Positions 1-11,756 of a stretch of DNA of 64,000 nt are shown piece after piece (the stretch's first letter is position 1; each line of letters opens with the position of its first letter). Origin of the DNA: Octopus sinensis (taxonomy: Eukaryota); NCBI RefSeq assembly GCF_006345805.1, contig NC_043001.1, positions 82,460,001-82,524,000 on the forward strand, read 5' to 3'. The position numbers and the translations under genes are program-made. The notes beneath the pieces were generated by a model. It saw only the letters and a program-made list of their open reading frames with translations, was not told where the DNA came from and searched no databases.

Positions 1-176
1 CATACACCTTAGAATATAGCTTCTGCTACAGAAAGGATACATCTTCTAGCTTGGTTATAGAGGTTTAAATCTAGAAAGTTATCGATTTTGATCATTAATA
101 GGGGCAGAAATATGGATTTATTTATTATCTTATTGTTTAATTTATTTTTAAAGGCACCGTCTCGAAGGGTTTAGAC

Positions 177-830
177 CAAAGGTTCTCAATTATTTGTTAT
201 CTATTTTATTTGAAGCATTATTTGATTTAACACAAGGCGGCGAGCTGGCAGAAACGTTAGCACGCAGGGCGACAATGCCAAGCCGTATTTCGTCTGCCGT
301 TACGTTCTGAGTTCAAATCCCGCCGAGGTCGACTTTGCCTTTCATCCTTTCGGAGTCGTTAAATTAAGTACCAGTTACGCTCTAGGGTCGATGTAATCGA
401 CTTAATCCGTTTGTCTGTCCTCTCTGTGTTTAGCCCCTTGTAGGTAGTAAAGAAATAGGTATCTCGTCTGTCTTTACGTTCGAAGTTCAATTTTCTCTGA
501 GGTCGACTTTGCCTTTTTGGGTGATAAATTAAATACCAATGCGTATTGAGGTCGATCGAATCGACTGGCCTCCTCCCCCCAAATTAGGGCCCTGTGCCTA
601 GAGTAGAAAATAATTACTTTTTATCTATGGACTCCTGGTTACTATTTTGTTCTGGTGGACTATCAAACTTCCTGTTTTGTTTTTCACACATTTACGTGTG
701 TAAATTGAACTATGTAAAGCATCTAAGGCAAATTTTTTCAGTGATCTTTAAAATACTATTTTGTTGCGTGGACCCCAAAAATATTGTATGAACCGTCAGG
801 GGCTATATTGACCCCGGTTGAGAATCACAG
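177..830. mobile_element. Degenerate hAT-like MITE interrupted by a SINE
   Basis: Ends CAAAGGTTCTCAA (177) and GTTGAGAATCACAG (817-830) resemble hAT/Charlie CAGTGGTTCTCAA TIRs; left flank GTTTAGAC fits the NTCTAGAN target, right TSD does not match. Confidence 0.45.
234..612 (+). mobile_element. tRNA-derived dimeric SINE, family A
   Basis: Head GGCGGCGAGCTGGCAGAAACGTTAGC, B-box-like GAGTTCAAATCC, body GGTCGACTTTGCCTTTCATCCTTTCGG present twice; several other copies in window. Confidence 0.85.
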
Positions 831-998
831 TGTTTGCTCTATCGTGCAATTTTGCCGCACACCTTACTTACAGGAACTTAAACAAAGCAGTCCCAGTTGT
901 CCGCGAGAGTGGCGACTTTCACAAAATGCACAATGACACACACAGACACTTCTGTGTGTATGTGCGTGTGTGAGTGTGTGTGTATCTTTTATCTTTCA

Positions 999-1394
999 TT
1001 TTTACTTGTTTCAGTCATTTGACTGTGGCCATGCTGGAGCACCGCCTTTAGTCGAGCAAATCTACCCCAGGACTTATTCTTTGTGAACCTAGTACTTATT
1101 CTATCGGTCTCTTTTGCCGAACCGCTAAGTTAATGGGACGTAACACATCAGCATCGGTTGTCAAGCGATGTTCGTGGGGACAAACACAGACACACAAACG
1201 TATACACAGGCACATACATATATATATATACATATATACGAGGGGCTTCTTTCAGTTTCCGTCTACAATATTCAATCACAAGGCTTTGGTCGGCCCGAGC
1301 CCTAGTAGAAGACACTTGCCCAAGGTGCCACGCTGTGGGACTGAACCCAGAACCATGTGGTTGGTAAGCAAACTACTTACCACACAGCCACTCC
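999..1394 (-). mobile_element. tRNA-derived SINE family B (CORE-like, OR2-like), near full length
   Basis: Minus strand GGAGTGGCTGTGTGGTAAG...GGTTCAGTCCC...CACCTTGGGCAAGTG (CORE-like), tail CAGTCAAATGACTGAAACAAGTAAAA; more than 10 copies or fragments in window. Confidence 0.85.
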
Positions 1395-1395
1395 A

Positions 1396-1760
1396 ACGCC
1401 TTGAAGAATTTCAGCCGAATAAATCGACCCAGGGTCTTATTTCTCTTTTTTAAGCATTGTACTTATTCTTTCAGGCACTTTTACCGAGCTGCTAAGTTAT
1501 GGGGCCGTACACACCAACACCGGATGTCAAGCGGTGGTGGTGGACAAACAGAATCAAGAGATAGATACACACACACACACACACATACATGTATATATAC
1601 GACAGGGGACAAACACACAAACATATATATACATATACATATATACGACGGGCTTCTTTCAGTTTCCGTCTACCAAATCCATTCACAAGTATTTGGTCGG
1701 CCCGAGGCTATAGGAGAAAACTCTTGCCGAAGTTGCCACACAGTGGGACAGAACCATGTC
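1396..1760 (-). mobile_element. SINE family B partial copy
   Basis: Same body (TTTCAGTTTCCGTCTACCAAATCC, CGGCCCGAGGCTATAG) as 999-1394. Confidence 0.75.
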
Positions 1761-1767
1761 TTTGAAG

Positions 1768-1838
<71 letters not shown>

Positions 1839-1846
1839 ATATATAT

Positions 1847-1901
<55 letters not shown>

Positions 1902-1908
1902 TTATATA

Positions 1909-2767
1909 TATAATATCAACAATTGAGGGTAAAATTAATTAGTTATTAATCAATTTCACCAAAGTAGTGTTCAGTATGTAAAAGGACCATTTAAGGCGAA
2001 TTCAAAATATTACATTATATAATTAGGGCTTAGTAAAATAAATTACTTTGCCACATACTGAACTTTCTAGAAGTAGCAGCCAAAAAGTTTTTAGCCATTT
2101 CCACAATTCTTCGCTTGTACATTTTGAATTTGCTAGTACTGGCAGTCTGAGCGTGTTCGTCTGAGGTGATACGTTGCCGGAGGGGTATGTTCATTCATTT
2201 AGTGCTTTCAAATCCAAAATTAAGAAATGTTGAGCTGACGAAGGAAGTGCTGAGTTTTATTTGGCTAATCTAGAAACGTTGACGTTCTCAAATGATCTTT
2301 GTACTTGTGATATTTTACTGTTTTTACCTCCATATCTTCGTGAGTTATGTTTGAGTAAACATTATCTGAGAGAAACTTTCTTAAAGTAGTGGAAATGGCT
2401 AAAAGACTTTTTGGCTGCTATTTCTAGAAAGTTCAGTATGTGGCAAAGTAATTTATTTTACTAAGCCCTAATTATATAATGTAATATTTTGAATTCGCCT
2501 TAAATGGTCCTTTTATATACTGAACACTACTTTGGTGAAATTGATTAATAACTAATTAATTTACCCTCAATTGTTGATATTATAATTCCTTTCTCTCTGT
2601 TCTATTGCTACGGTTATCACCGTTAAAATATATGTTTACTAGATAACTCACGTGGGTGGAAGGGGAGAGAACATGAATTCTTCGCTTGTACATTTTGAAT
2701 TTGCTAGTACTGGCAGTCTGAGCGTGTTCGTCTGAGGTGATACGTTGCCGGAGGGGTATGTTCATTC
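1909..2767 (+). mobile_element. Non-coding Penelope-like/retrozyme-like mini-element with inverted arm, terminal redundancy and HHR
   Basis: ~196-bp inverted repeat 1909-2104/2389-2584; exact 92-bp direct repeat 2105-2196/2676-2767; HHR motif 2230-2291; left end in (TA)n. Confidence 0.75.
2230..2291 (+). ncRNA. Type I hammerhead ribozyme motif
   Basis: TTGAG-CTGACGA-(imperfect stem II)-GAAACGTTGACGTT-CTCAA: stem I TTGAG/CTCAA, stem III ACGT/ACGT, GUU site. Confidence 0.7.
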
Positions 2768-3015
2768 GTAGGATCGCGGTTTCGATTCCCAGACCAGGCG
2801 TTGTGAGTGTTTATTGAGCGAAAACACCTAATAGCTCCACGAAGCTCCGGCAGGGGGTGGTGATCCCTGCTGTACTCTTTCACCACTCTTTCTTCTGTTG
2901 GCCTGCTCGCTTAGCCAGCGGGGTGGCGTCATTCGAAGGCTAAAACAATGCGAACGCATTGTGACCAGCGATGTGTAACTACATCTGATGGACTGGTCGG
3001 TCACGTGATCACGTT
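2768..3015 (+). mobile_element. 5'-truncated tRNA-derived SINE (family C related)
   Basis: B-box GGTTTCGATTCCC followed by TTGAGCGAAAACAC, similar to TTGAGCAAAACAC of family C copies. Confidence 0.6.
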
Positions 3016-3037
3016 GTATATATATATATATATATAT

Positions 3038-3075
<38 letters not shown>

Positions 3076-3333
3076 AAGGGGGAGAGAGAAGCCCGGGTAC
3101 GGTTTCTTAACATTGCAGGCATTGCTGCGAAAGTTCATTGTTCTGCATAGCATCGAGACTGGAAAATATTCTATGCGAAGGTTCAGTGTTCTGCATAGCA
3201 TCGAGGGCAAGCATCTTCATCTGTAGCATCGGGACGATCAATACCTTGCGAGTGAATTTTTTGCGAACGGAACTGTCAGGATATCCCTTGTGTTTGCACA
3301 TACATACATACATACATACATACATACATACAT

Positions 3334-3685
3334 GAATACCAATCTTGAGAAATTAGGCTTCTCAAAACTACAAGGGAGAAAGCTTATTCGAAGATTACAC
3401 ATCTAAGCCACCACTGGAATCGTAAAAATCTGTAAAACTTTCCAGAAGTTTATCATTTCAGTATATATGAGCATGTCTAGATATGCGAATATATGTATGT
3501 GGAACATACATAAAACAAAACATAGAAATCTGCACACATACATACATACATACATACATACATACATACATACAAAAATATTCTGTTGCTGATGTTGAAA
3601 TTCCAATGAAGGAGCCTTGGATCTAGGTTAGAAACCGGCTCTTTGTCTATTGGCAATAGATCTTGAAATAAAACTGAATAATAAC
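3334..3685 (+). mobile_element. 3' end of RLE-type (R4-like) LINE in (CATA)n
   Basis: Translates to ...KLIRRL..*ATTGIVKICKTFQKFII; same sequence is the 3' end of the longer RLE fragment at 54450-55245; also at 40500-40740 and 53542-53637. Confidence 0.7.
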
Positions 3686-3720
3686 ATGCATACATACATA
3701 CATACATCTGTACGTACACA

Positions 3721-3763
<43 letters not shown>

Positions 3764-3925
3764 TTACCGAATTTGAGTCGGTCGAGTGATCTGAAGCTAT
3801 GTTCTTTTACTTGACAAATTCTAATTGTTGATTTTGCCTTTATTCACCTGAGGAAAACGATATTTTTTGTGCGATGAAATGCTTCTGTTTAACCCTAAAA
3901 AAAACACGTCTGAAACAGCTGTAGT

Positions 3926-4005
3926 GAACCATAATCCATATGGCGTAGTGGTTAAAAGTGCGGGCCACTAACCCGAAGAATCCGAGTTCGATTCCAGACA
4001 GTGAA

Positions 4006-4076
<71 letters not shown>

Positions 4077-4315
4077 TAATAATAATAATAATAATAACAA
4101 CAACAACAATAATAACGTCAACAACATCGAAAAATACCTTAGGAATGAGAACCCAGGTTCGAGATTTCCCCAAGACACCCGATGAAGGCTGGAGAGTATA
4201 TCAGACGAAACTTTGTGTTAACAACAAACAAGATGAGGAGAAATATCCGTCAAATGTAAATATTGTAAATAATGTAAATAATGTACATAATTCCTCATCT
4301 CATAAATATAGAACT
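3926..4315 (+). mobile_element. tRNA-headed SINE-like element with internal (AAT)n and hammerhead-like motif
   Basis: A-box TGGCGTAGTGG (3941), anticodon-like hairpin CGGG-CCACTAA-CCCG, B-box GAGTTCGATTCC; HHR-like 4174-4219; (AATGTAAAT)n tail. Confidence 0.7.
4174..4219 (+). ncRNA. Degenerate minimal hammerhead motif
   Basis: GACAC-CCGATGA-A-GGCTG-GAGAGTATAT-CAGAC-GAAAC-TTT-GTGTT; stem I GACAC/GTGTT, near-paired stem II; deviations at U4 and position 16.2. Confidence 0.6.
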
Positions 4316-4924
4316 ATATTATCTATCCCTATGTCTGTCTTATTGTTTTTTACTTGTTTCAGTTATTAGGCTGTGGTTATTCTGAGGAAATGCCCAGAAG
4401 AGTTTGGTCGAACAAATCGATCTTAGTACATATATTTTCTGAGACTGGAAAATATTCTATCGGTTCCTTTTCGCCGAACCGATAAGTTATGGAGACGCAA
4501 ATATATCAATACCGGTTGCCAAGTGGTGATGGGGGAGGACAAAGATTATCACAAAGACACTCATGCAAATGCACACACACACACGCACACACGCACACAC
4601 ACACACGCATATATATATAGTTCGAATTTACCTAAAAGCAAATACGAAGACAGGGGAATGAATAATAAGCAGGAGCATTAATTTGAGGCTCGGGAAGAAT
4701 GGAAAAGTCTGTGATGCTTCGAGCCTATGCTCTTCGAAAGAAACGATTGAGGTGGAAAGAAGAAGAAAACGTGTACCCGGATTAATGGTTCAACATGATT
4801 AAAATGATACATACATACATACGTGCGTACATATATTATACATACGTGCGTACGTACATACCTACCTACATACAAACATACATACATACATACATACATA
4901 CATACAACATACATACGTACATAC

Positions 4925-4957
<33 letters not shown>

Positions 4958-5343
4958 ATATATATATATATTTATATATATATATATATGTATGTATATA
5001 TACATATATACATACACACACACACACACATATATAAGAAGGAGCGAGAGAGAAGGAAATAGAGAGATACAAATGCCATTAACTTCCAAACAGTTTCCGC
5101 TTTCTAAATCCACTCACTGGCTATGGTCGGCACGGAGCTGTAGTAGAAGGCACTCGCGCAAGGTGCCACACAGTGGGACTGAATCCGGAACCATATGCTG
5201 TGATGTAAAATTCCCATCACACAGCCACATCTGCATCTGTGCATATGTGTGTGTGTGTGTGTGTGTGAGTGTGTGTGTGCGGGCGTGTTTCCTTTTATGG
5301 TGGTATAAAGACACAGAAGTGCTGACACATGTTTGTTTATATA

Positions 5344-6064
5344 TAAAGTAAACATGGATTAGACTTTCAAACTTCGGATTCGTTCAATCTGCCATTTTAC
5401 AGACTGTACACATCAGTGAATAACAGAGAAATGACTTGAGGTTGAGAAGAGATACAGACATTCATACATACATACATACGTATATGTGTATATATATCTA
5501 AATAGATCTATGTATTATATATATATATATACGCGAGAAAGAAGCAACAAGAATGGATAGGTTTTTAGTACGATCGTTTCATACAAGGACAGGTTTTATT
5601 AAAAGTTGCAAAGATTACAGCATATAAACGAGTCCCGTACTCATCAGCTAAAATACATGTGAGTTCTCTAGACATCCTAGTGTTTGAGGCTATACTCATG
5701 AAGTAATGTAGATAATTAATTAACATAAACAGATTTCTAAAGTTCATTAAAGTTCTTTAAAGATGAAAAAAGTAAACATGGAAATGAAAGAGATCATGGA
5801 GAAACTAAATTTAACAGATAGAACGGAGCCACTTAAACCCTGTGAGCCCAGGATCAACCTTAAAGTAAACATGGATTAGACTTTCAAACTTCGGATTCGT
5901 TCAATCTGCCATTTTACAGACTGTACAATCAGTGAATAACAGAGAAATGACTTGAGGTTGAGAAGAGATACAGACATTCATACATACATACATACGTATA
6001 TGTGTATATATATCTAAATAGATCTATGTATATATATATATATATACGCGAGAAAGAAGCAACA
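5344..6064. mobile_element. PLE-derived partial tandem (517-bp period) with HHR and RT-region fragment
   Basis: 5344-5549 repeats from 5861 up to the gap; HHR on minus strand 5563-5653; plus-strand peptide 5763-5864 homologous to PLE ORF at ~45.8 kb. Confidence 0.7.
5563..5653 (-). ncRNA. Canonical type I hammerhead ribozyme
   Basis: Minus: TTTTAG-CTGATGA-GTACGGGAC...GTCCTTGTAT-GAAAC-GATC-GTA-CTAAAA; perfect core, palindromic stem III ACGATCGT, GUA site. Confidence 0.85.
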
Positions 6065-6164
6065 NNNNNNNNNNNNNNNNNNNNNNNNNNNNNNNNNNNN
6101 NNNNNNNNNNNNNNNNNNNNNNNNNNNNNNNNNNNNNNNNNNNNNNNNNNNNNNNNNNNNNNNN
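6065..6164. other. Assembly gap (100 N)
   Basis: Run of N. Confidence 1.
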
Positions 6165-6239
6165 TGCGTGTGTTCGTGTTTGTGCGTGCATTCGTGTATG
6201 TATGTATGTATGTATGTATGCATTTGTTTGAATGTACAT

Positions 6240-6278
<39 letters not shown>

Positions 6279-6840
6279 TGTAGGTATTATAACAGTATAA
6301 AAGAGGTGTGTTTAAAAAGGGGGTTATCCGTTGCTCTTCTGAAAGTAAACAATAGTTTTAAGTCGGATCGGAAAAGAAATATAGAGAAATCGATAGATAA
6401 GAAAGAACATGGCAAGTTGAGTGTGTTTTTACCATTGTCTTTTAACAGAGTGGAATTGCATAGCCAAGAGTAAAAGCTCGACTGCAATAAATCAATTTGG
6501 AATTAAAGCTTTGATGTTGTTCTTGTTGTCACTAGGTGAATAAACAAAACTTCACTTCGTCTTTCTACTGTGGTACTAAGTTTAACTCGGCCTAGATATA
6601 CCCTGGCATACAAAGATACCGAGACAAAGACGCATGCACGCATACTCATACACACACATACACACATGCACACACTATCCATATATATATATATATATTA
6701 TAGTATATATTATATAATATAATATATATATATATATATATTGGTAAAAGCGGTGAGATAACAAAAGAAAAGGAACTCAAAATTATGTAAATAGAGGAAA
6801 TTTATCTGTAAAATAATATGTGACAATTGTTCGGTAACCA

Positions 6841-6903
6841 AGATAAAACTCTGAGTTTCGGATGCCTAGGTAGAAATCTACACCACCATCTCTTCGGTTA
6901 TCT
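6841..6903 (-). ncRNA. Hammerhead motif with CCGAAGA core in a ~190-bp element adjacent to (TA)n
   Basis: Minus: AGATAA-CCGAAGA-GATG..GTAGATTTCTAC..CATCC-GAAAC-TCAGA-GTT-TTATCT. Confidence 0.7.
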
Positions 6904-6956
6904 GGCCATCTGAAAAATGCTATGAAAATATATAGATAGATAGATAGATATACAGA

Positions 6957-6988
<32 letters not shown>

Positions 6989-7186
6989 GACAGACAGACA
7001 AACTGATAGATAGATGCTTACATATATATATACATTCTTATATACATAGAGTTCATGCACAGACAGACAGATACATATTGTGACACTCAGGGCTGGTCAT
7101 ATTTCGGCAATCTAACACACGCACTATATACTTGGTCTTCATTACAGCTTCATTGCTATTATTTTAGTTTACACACAAACACACAC

Positions 7187-7218
<32 letters not shown>

Positions 7219-7231
7219 ACACACACCACAC

Positions 7232-7265
<34 letters not shown>

Positions 7266-7954
7266 CAACACACACATACACACACGACGCACACATACAC
7301 ACACACACACACACAACACACGCACACATTTATATATATAATATATATATATAAATATATACATGCATATATATATATTCGCGTGTGTATTCTAGCACAT
7401 TGTCTCGTGTATATTGACGCAATGTTTCTAGAAGCTGAGTGCTTAAGTATACTTTCGTATATAGACAAATAACTAAATAAATACATAGTAAGACAGTAAA
7501 CAAATACACCGGCAATTCAAGTATACGCAACAAAATAAACTGGTACATTTGCGTACGCTCGCGTGTGAAAACGTATATGTACATATATATGTGTGTGTGT
7601 GTGTGTGTATTTATGCATATATGGGTACAGGACATCACCAACTGTAAACAACATGAAGTACGAAAACAAACGAGTTAAAATATGCAAACAACGAGGAAAA
7701 ATGGAAAACAGAACAAGTAACACAAAGAAGGACCCTTCATCAGTTGTCGGCTGTCTATCTACTCCTCATTTCGAGCATTCAACAGCAATATGAGTCTTTG
7801 AAGACAGTTGCTTTCATAACTTTCAAATTAAAATTTTGGATTTTATGGAGGGTCAAAGTTGGGAAGAAAAACCGGACAGCGATGACATACAAGGAAACCA
7901 AACGAAAACAAACTTGGAGCGTCGTTAGACCAGAATGTCGGAATATGTATATAT

Positions 7955-8003
<49 letters not shown>

Positions 8004-8142
8004 TCTTTTCCTCTTTTATTTGTTTCAGCCATTTGACTGGCCATGCTGGAGCACCACCTTTAGTCGAACAAATCAACCCCAAGACTTATTCTTTGTAAGC
8101 CTAGTACTTTTTCTATCGATATATTTTACTGAACCACTAACT

Positions 8143-8173
<31 letters not shown>

Positions 8174-8283
8174 TTCGGAATGGTCATATTGCCAGTTTAG
8201 CCAATAAAAACACACGCACTATATATTTGGTGTTATTTTGCTTCAGTGATATTTATTTTTTACATTAATCTTAATCTTATTTC

Positions 8284-8328
8284 GGCCAGAGTTCTTTCGT
8301 CACACTCCTGTGACCGCATCAGTGGTCC
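8284..8328 (-). ncRNA. Degenerate hammerhead motif
   Basis: Minus: GGACCA-CTGATGC-G-GTCAC-AGGAGT-GTGAC-GAAAG-AA-CTC-TGGCC; A9 replaced by C; element starts at (TA)n. Confidence 0.55.
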
Positions 8329-8687
8329 TTTGTTTTCTGTCTTTCGTATTTGTGTCTCTCCTTACTAACCGTCAGCCATTTTGTATTTCTATTGTATGTC
8401 TTCATTTGCGCATGCTTATATCTCTATGTGCGTCTATGTTTATTTAGTGTATGTGTGGGGGGGGGGTGGGGGATGCCTGTGATATTTTGTATCTTCTGTT
8501 TATATACATTCATGTAATTTGTATTTTGTTTTTGTTTTGTTTGTTGCTTTTGTTCTAATTTGTGCATGTGTTTACATCCACCCATTATTATCATTACATA
8601 TGCTTGTATGTATGTATAACACACAATATTAGTAAGAATAATAATAAATCAAATCGAAAAAAAAATAAATAAAATAAAATATATATA

Positions 8688-8722
<35 letters not shown>

Positions 8723-9279
8723 GATACATACATATACATACATAGATATATACATATATATAGTTATTCATAATACATATATATACATACATATACATAC
8801 ATAGATATATATACATATATATAGTTATTCATTTCTATTTGTTTATATATCTGTGTATTTATTTATTATGTTTTCAGGAACCTCTATCGTCATATGTTGT
8901 GGTGTGTGTGCTATTGCTTCATTCTAGTTTTCTATTCAGGCTAGGTTTATTTTCTATTATATTTGTAGCTTCTGTAATTTGTCTAATTGTTGCATCTGTT
9001 CTATGTGTGGACAATATCTTAATCTCTATGTTATTGATTGATCCCCCGTGTTCCTGTTCGGCATGTTGGTACATAATCGATGAGCTTTTAAACGTACTAT
9101 ATATATATATATATACACACATACGCAACATGCATAGACAAATAACTTTCGCCCACAAACATACACTATACACATGCACACTATCTGGTAGCAGACACAC
9201 ACACACACGCACACACTATTTTCACATACACACATGAGGTTGTTGGGGTCACCGTTACCATTATTATTATTGTTGTTGT

Positions 9280-9750
9280 TCGAAAGAGGTAGTATGGTGG
9301 ACCCGTTTGAAAGGGCAAAAGTCAGATACTTTCCTCTTTGGCCAAGGCCTCATCAACTTTTTCAAGTTTTCACTTGAAAAGGAAGATGAGAGTAGAGAGG
9401 GAAGTGTTGTCTCGTAACAAATTTATTGAAAGGTGAGTGAATGTCGGTAAAATTGCCAGTATGAAGGGACCAATTCTGAGGTTACGCCAGTAAAAAAAAA
9501 AGGTAATATAAAAAGAGAAGGGGTTCTCTACTCCTTTTTGACCAGACTCCGTGGCTTTTATGGGATTTTCCACGAGTAACTTTTCAAAGCGCCTCCCCCT
9601 GTTGGGAGTTCCATCTAACTGTTATATTGTTTCGCTGTTATTTTAATGTTTACACAGACCTTTCTTTTTCGGAAAACCCTTTGTACTTTTCATGCTGTGT
9701 TTGTCCTTACATGTTTTTGATCTATGTTAGCCTTGTGGCCAATAAAACCA
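9280..9750 (+). mobile_element. Tx1/L1-clade LINE 3' fragment in (TTA)n
   Basis: GQGLINFFK-HLKRKMRVEREVLSRNKFIER*VNV matches the 57886-58290 peptide; ends TGTGGCCAATAAAA before (TTA)n. Confidence 0.75.
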
Positions 9751-9833
9751 GATTTAGTTATCATTATTATTGTTATTATTATTATATTATTATTGTTATA
9801 TTATTATTTATTATTATATTATTATTATTATTA

Positions 9834-9865
<32 letters not shown>

Positions 9866-9911
9866 GTTGTTGTTGTTATTATTATTATATATTATTATTA
9901 TTATTATTCAT

Positions 9912-11401
9912 TAGTGTTTTTTTATTTTATAGGCGTGCTTTCACTTCACTACCGAGCGCAGCTCTGTGTACCTTGGGTATGTGCTGTGATTTGTTGTGAT
10001 GCTCTGATGTTATTGTATGGAAAGTGTTCTGCGTAGGATGTGTGCAGTGCCTAGTAGTGCAATTTTTTGTATGTTATATGTGTTTGTAAGTCCTGGTGTT
10101 TTTGTTATGTATTTGTCTGAATATTTTTTTTATCATGCCTAATGCACCTACTATGATAGGAATTGTTTCTGTTTTCAGATTCCCACATTCTAGTTACCCA
10201 CCTCTATTTCCAGGTCTTTGTATTTTGAGAGCTTCTCCCTTTCTTTTAGAGACACTTTGTCCATCTGCCGGTATTGATACATCAATTAGAAAGCATTTTT
10301 TTCTTCATGATCTGTGACAACTATATCTGGTCTGTTGGCCTTAATTTCTCTATCTGTGTGTATCGGCATATCCCAGAGTATGGTTGCTTTCCGCTTTCTC
10401 GTTTTCTGTGACCTTTTCTGGTGTGTGCCTATACCATCTTTTTCTGTTGTTATTCCATAATGTTGGCATAGCTTCCAATGTATGTAGGTTCCAACTCTTC
10501 ATGTCCTTGAATATATTCCTTCTTAGCCAAGACTGGGCAGCTAGAGATAATATGATTTATTGTTTCTTGTCCATCTCCACATATTCTGCAGTTACTTGTA
10601 ATATTTCTTTTCATTACATGTTTTGGTAATTTCTGGTGGGGAGGCTTTGGTCTTGTGCTGCAATTAAAATCCCTCTGTTTCTGCTTTGAGTCCTGAGCTT
10701 CTCAGCCCATTGCTGGGATTTTTCTTTGTCTATTTCTTTTGCGTTTAGTTTAGTGCAGTATTTACCATGAAGGGGCTTTTCTTGCCATCGTTTTTATCAT
10801 GGTTCGTTGCTGTTCTATTTTTAGTTTGGATTTAATTTTTGTTTTATAGCTTTTGTTGTTTCTTCATCTTCTTCTCTTCTTCTTCTCTCTTGTGTTTTAT
10901 TAGGTGGTATGATTTCTTGTTTGTATTTGTCAGCTTCCTTAAATCTGAGAACAGTTTTTTTGTTTTGCTCCGTGGTTTTGCTGCTATCTGGATCAGTTTT
11001 CCTTCCTTCTGAAGTAGATATTTTTGCAGTCCTATGGTGGTTATTTTATAGTAGTTTTCCAGCTGTATAAGGCCTCTACCACCTTCTATACGTTTTATAT
11101 ATAGTCTTTCTATGTCACAGATTTTGGGTGATGCATCCTAATCCTGTCAGTATTTTTCTTGTTTTCCTATCTATTTTGGACAGTTCATTTCGTGTCCAGT
11201 TAAGGATATTGTAGCTGTAACTTATAACTGGGACAGCTAAAGTGTTCATACTATTGTCCTTGTTTTTTAGCATTGAGCTCTGTTTTTAGTATTGATCTAA
11301 CTCGTCTATAATATTCTTTTTTTTATTTTCTCTTTCATTTGTGTGTGTTGTGTCTTATCTAGTTCATGGATTCCTAAGTATTTGTAAGTTTGGCTTTGGT
11401 C
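9912..11401 (-). mobile_element. R4/Dong-like RLE LINE, 5'-truncated and degenerate, flanked by (TTA)n
   Basis: Minus-strand peptides R.EGGRGLIQLE, CRICGDGQETINHIISSC (CCHC), ILWDMPIHTDREIKANRPDIVV...CFLIDVSIP (PD-D/ExK nuclease), LLGTAHILR. Confidence 0.85.
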
Positions 11402-11438
<37 letters not shown>

Positions 11439-11756
11439 TATTATTATTATTATTATTATTACTATTATTATTATCATTATTCAGTCAAACAGTTTAGTAT
11501 AAATATGGTGGAATTCACCTCAATTCTTTTCTTTCCTTTTTTTTTTTTCTTCTGCCTTTCTTTCATTCCGCTACCTTTTGTGAAATACCAAAGACTGACG
11601 ACGTCGTTTTACTTAGAAAGAAACGCAGTTATCCCGATCTAATTTTGAATGTTTCAGCGTTTCCTATCTTTGAATTTAATTTCATATTATTATTTGCGGT
11701 ACCATGGCCAATGAGGTAAATCCGAGACGTGGTGATTGCTAGTTGAAATTATTATT

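Noticed and set aside
3935-4005. Functional tRNA gene (also SINE heads at 39188, 40007 and 59607)
   Set aside because: Acceptor and T stems do not pair properly and sequences continue into repeat bodies
7700-7790. Minus-strand CTGATGAAGGG as hammerhead core
   Set aside because: No properly placed downstream GAAA and NUH with paired stems found
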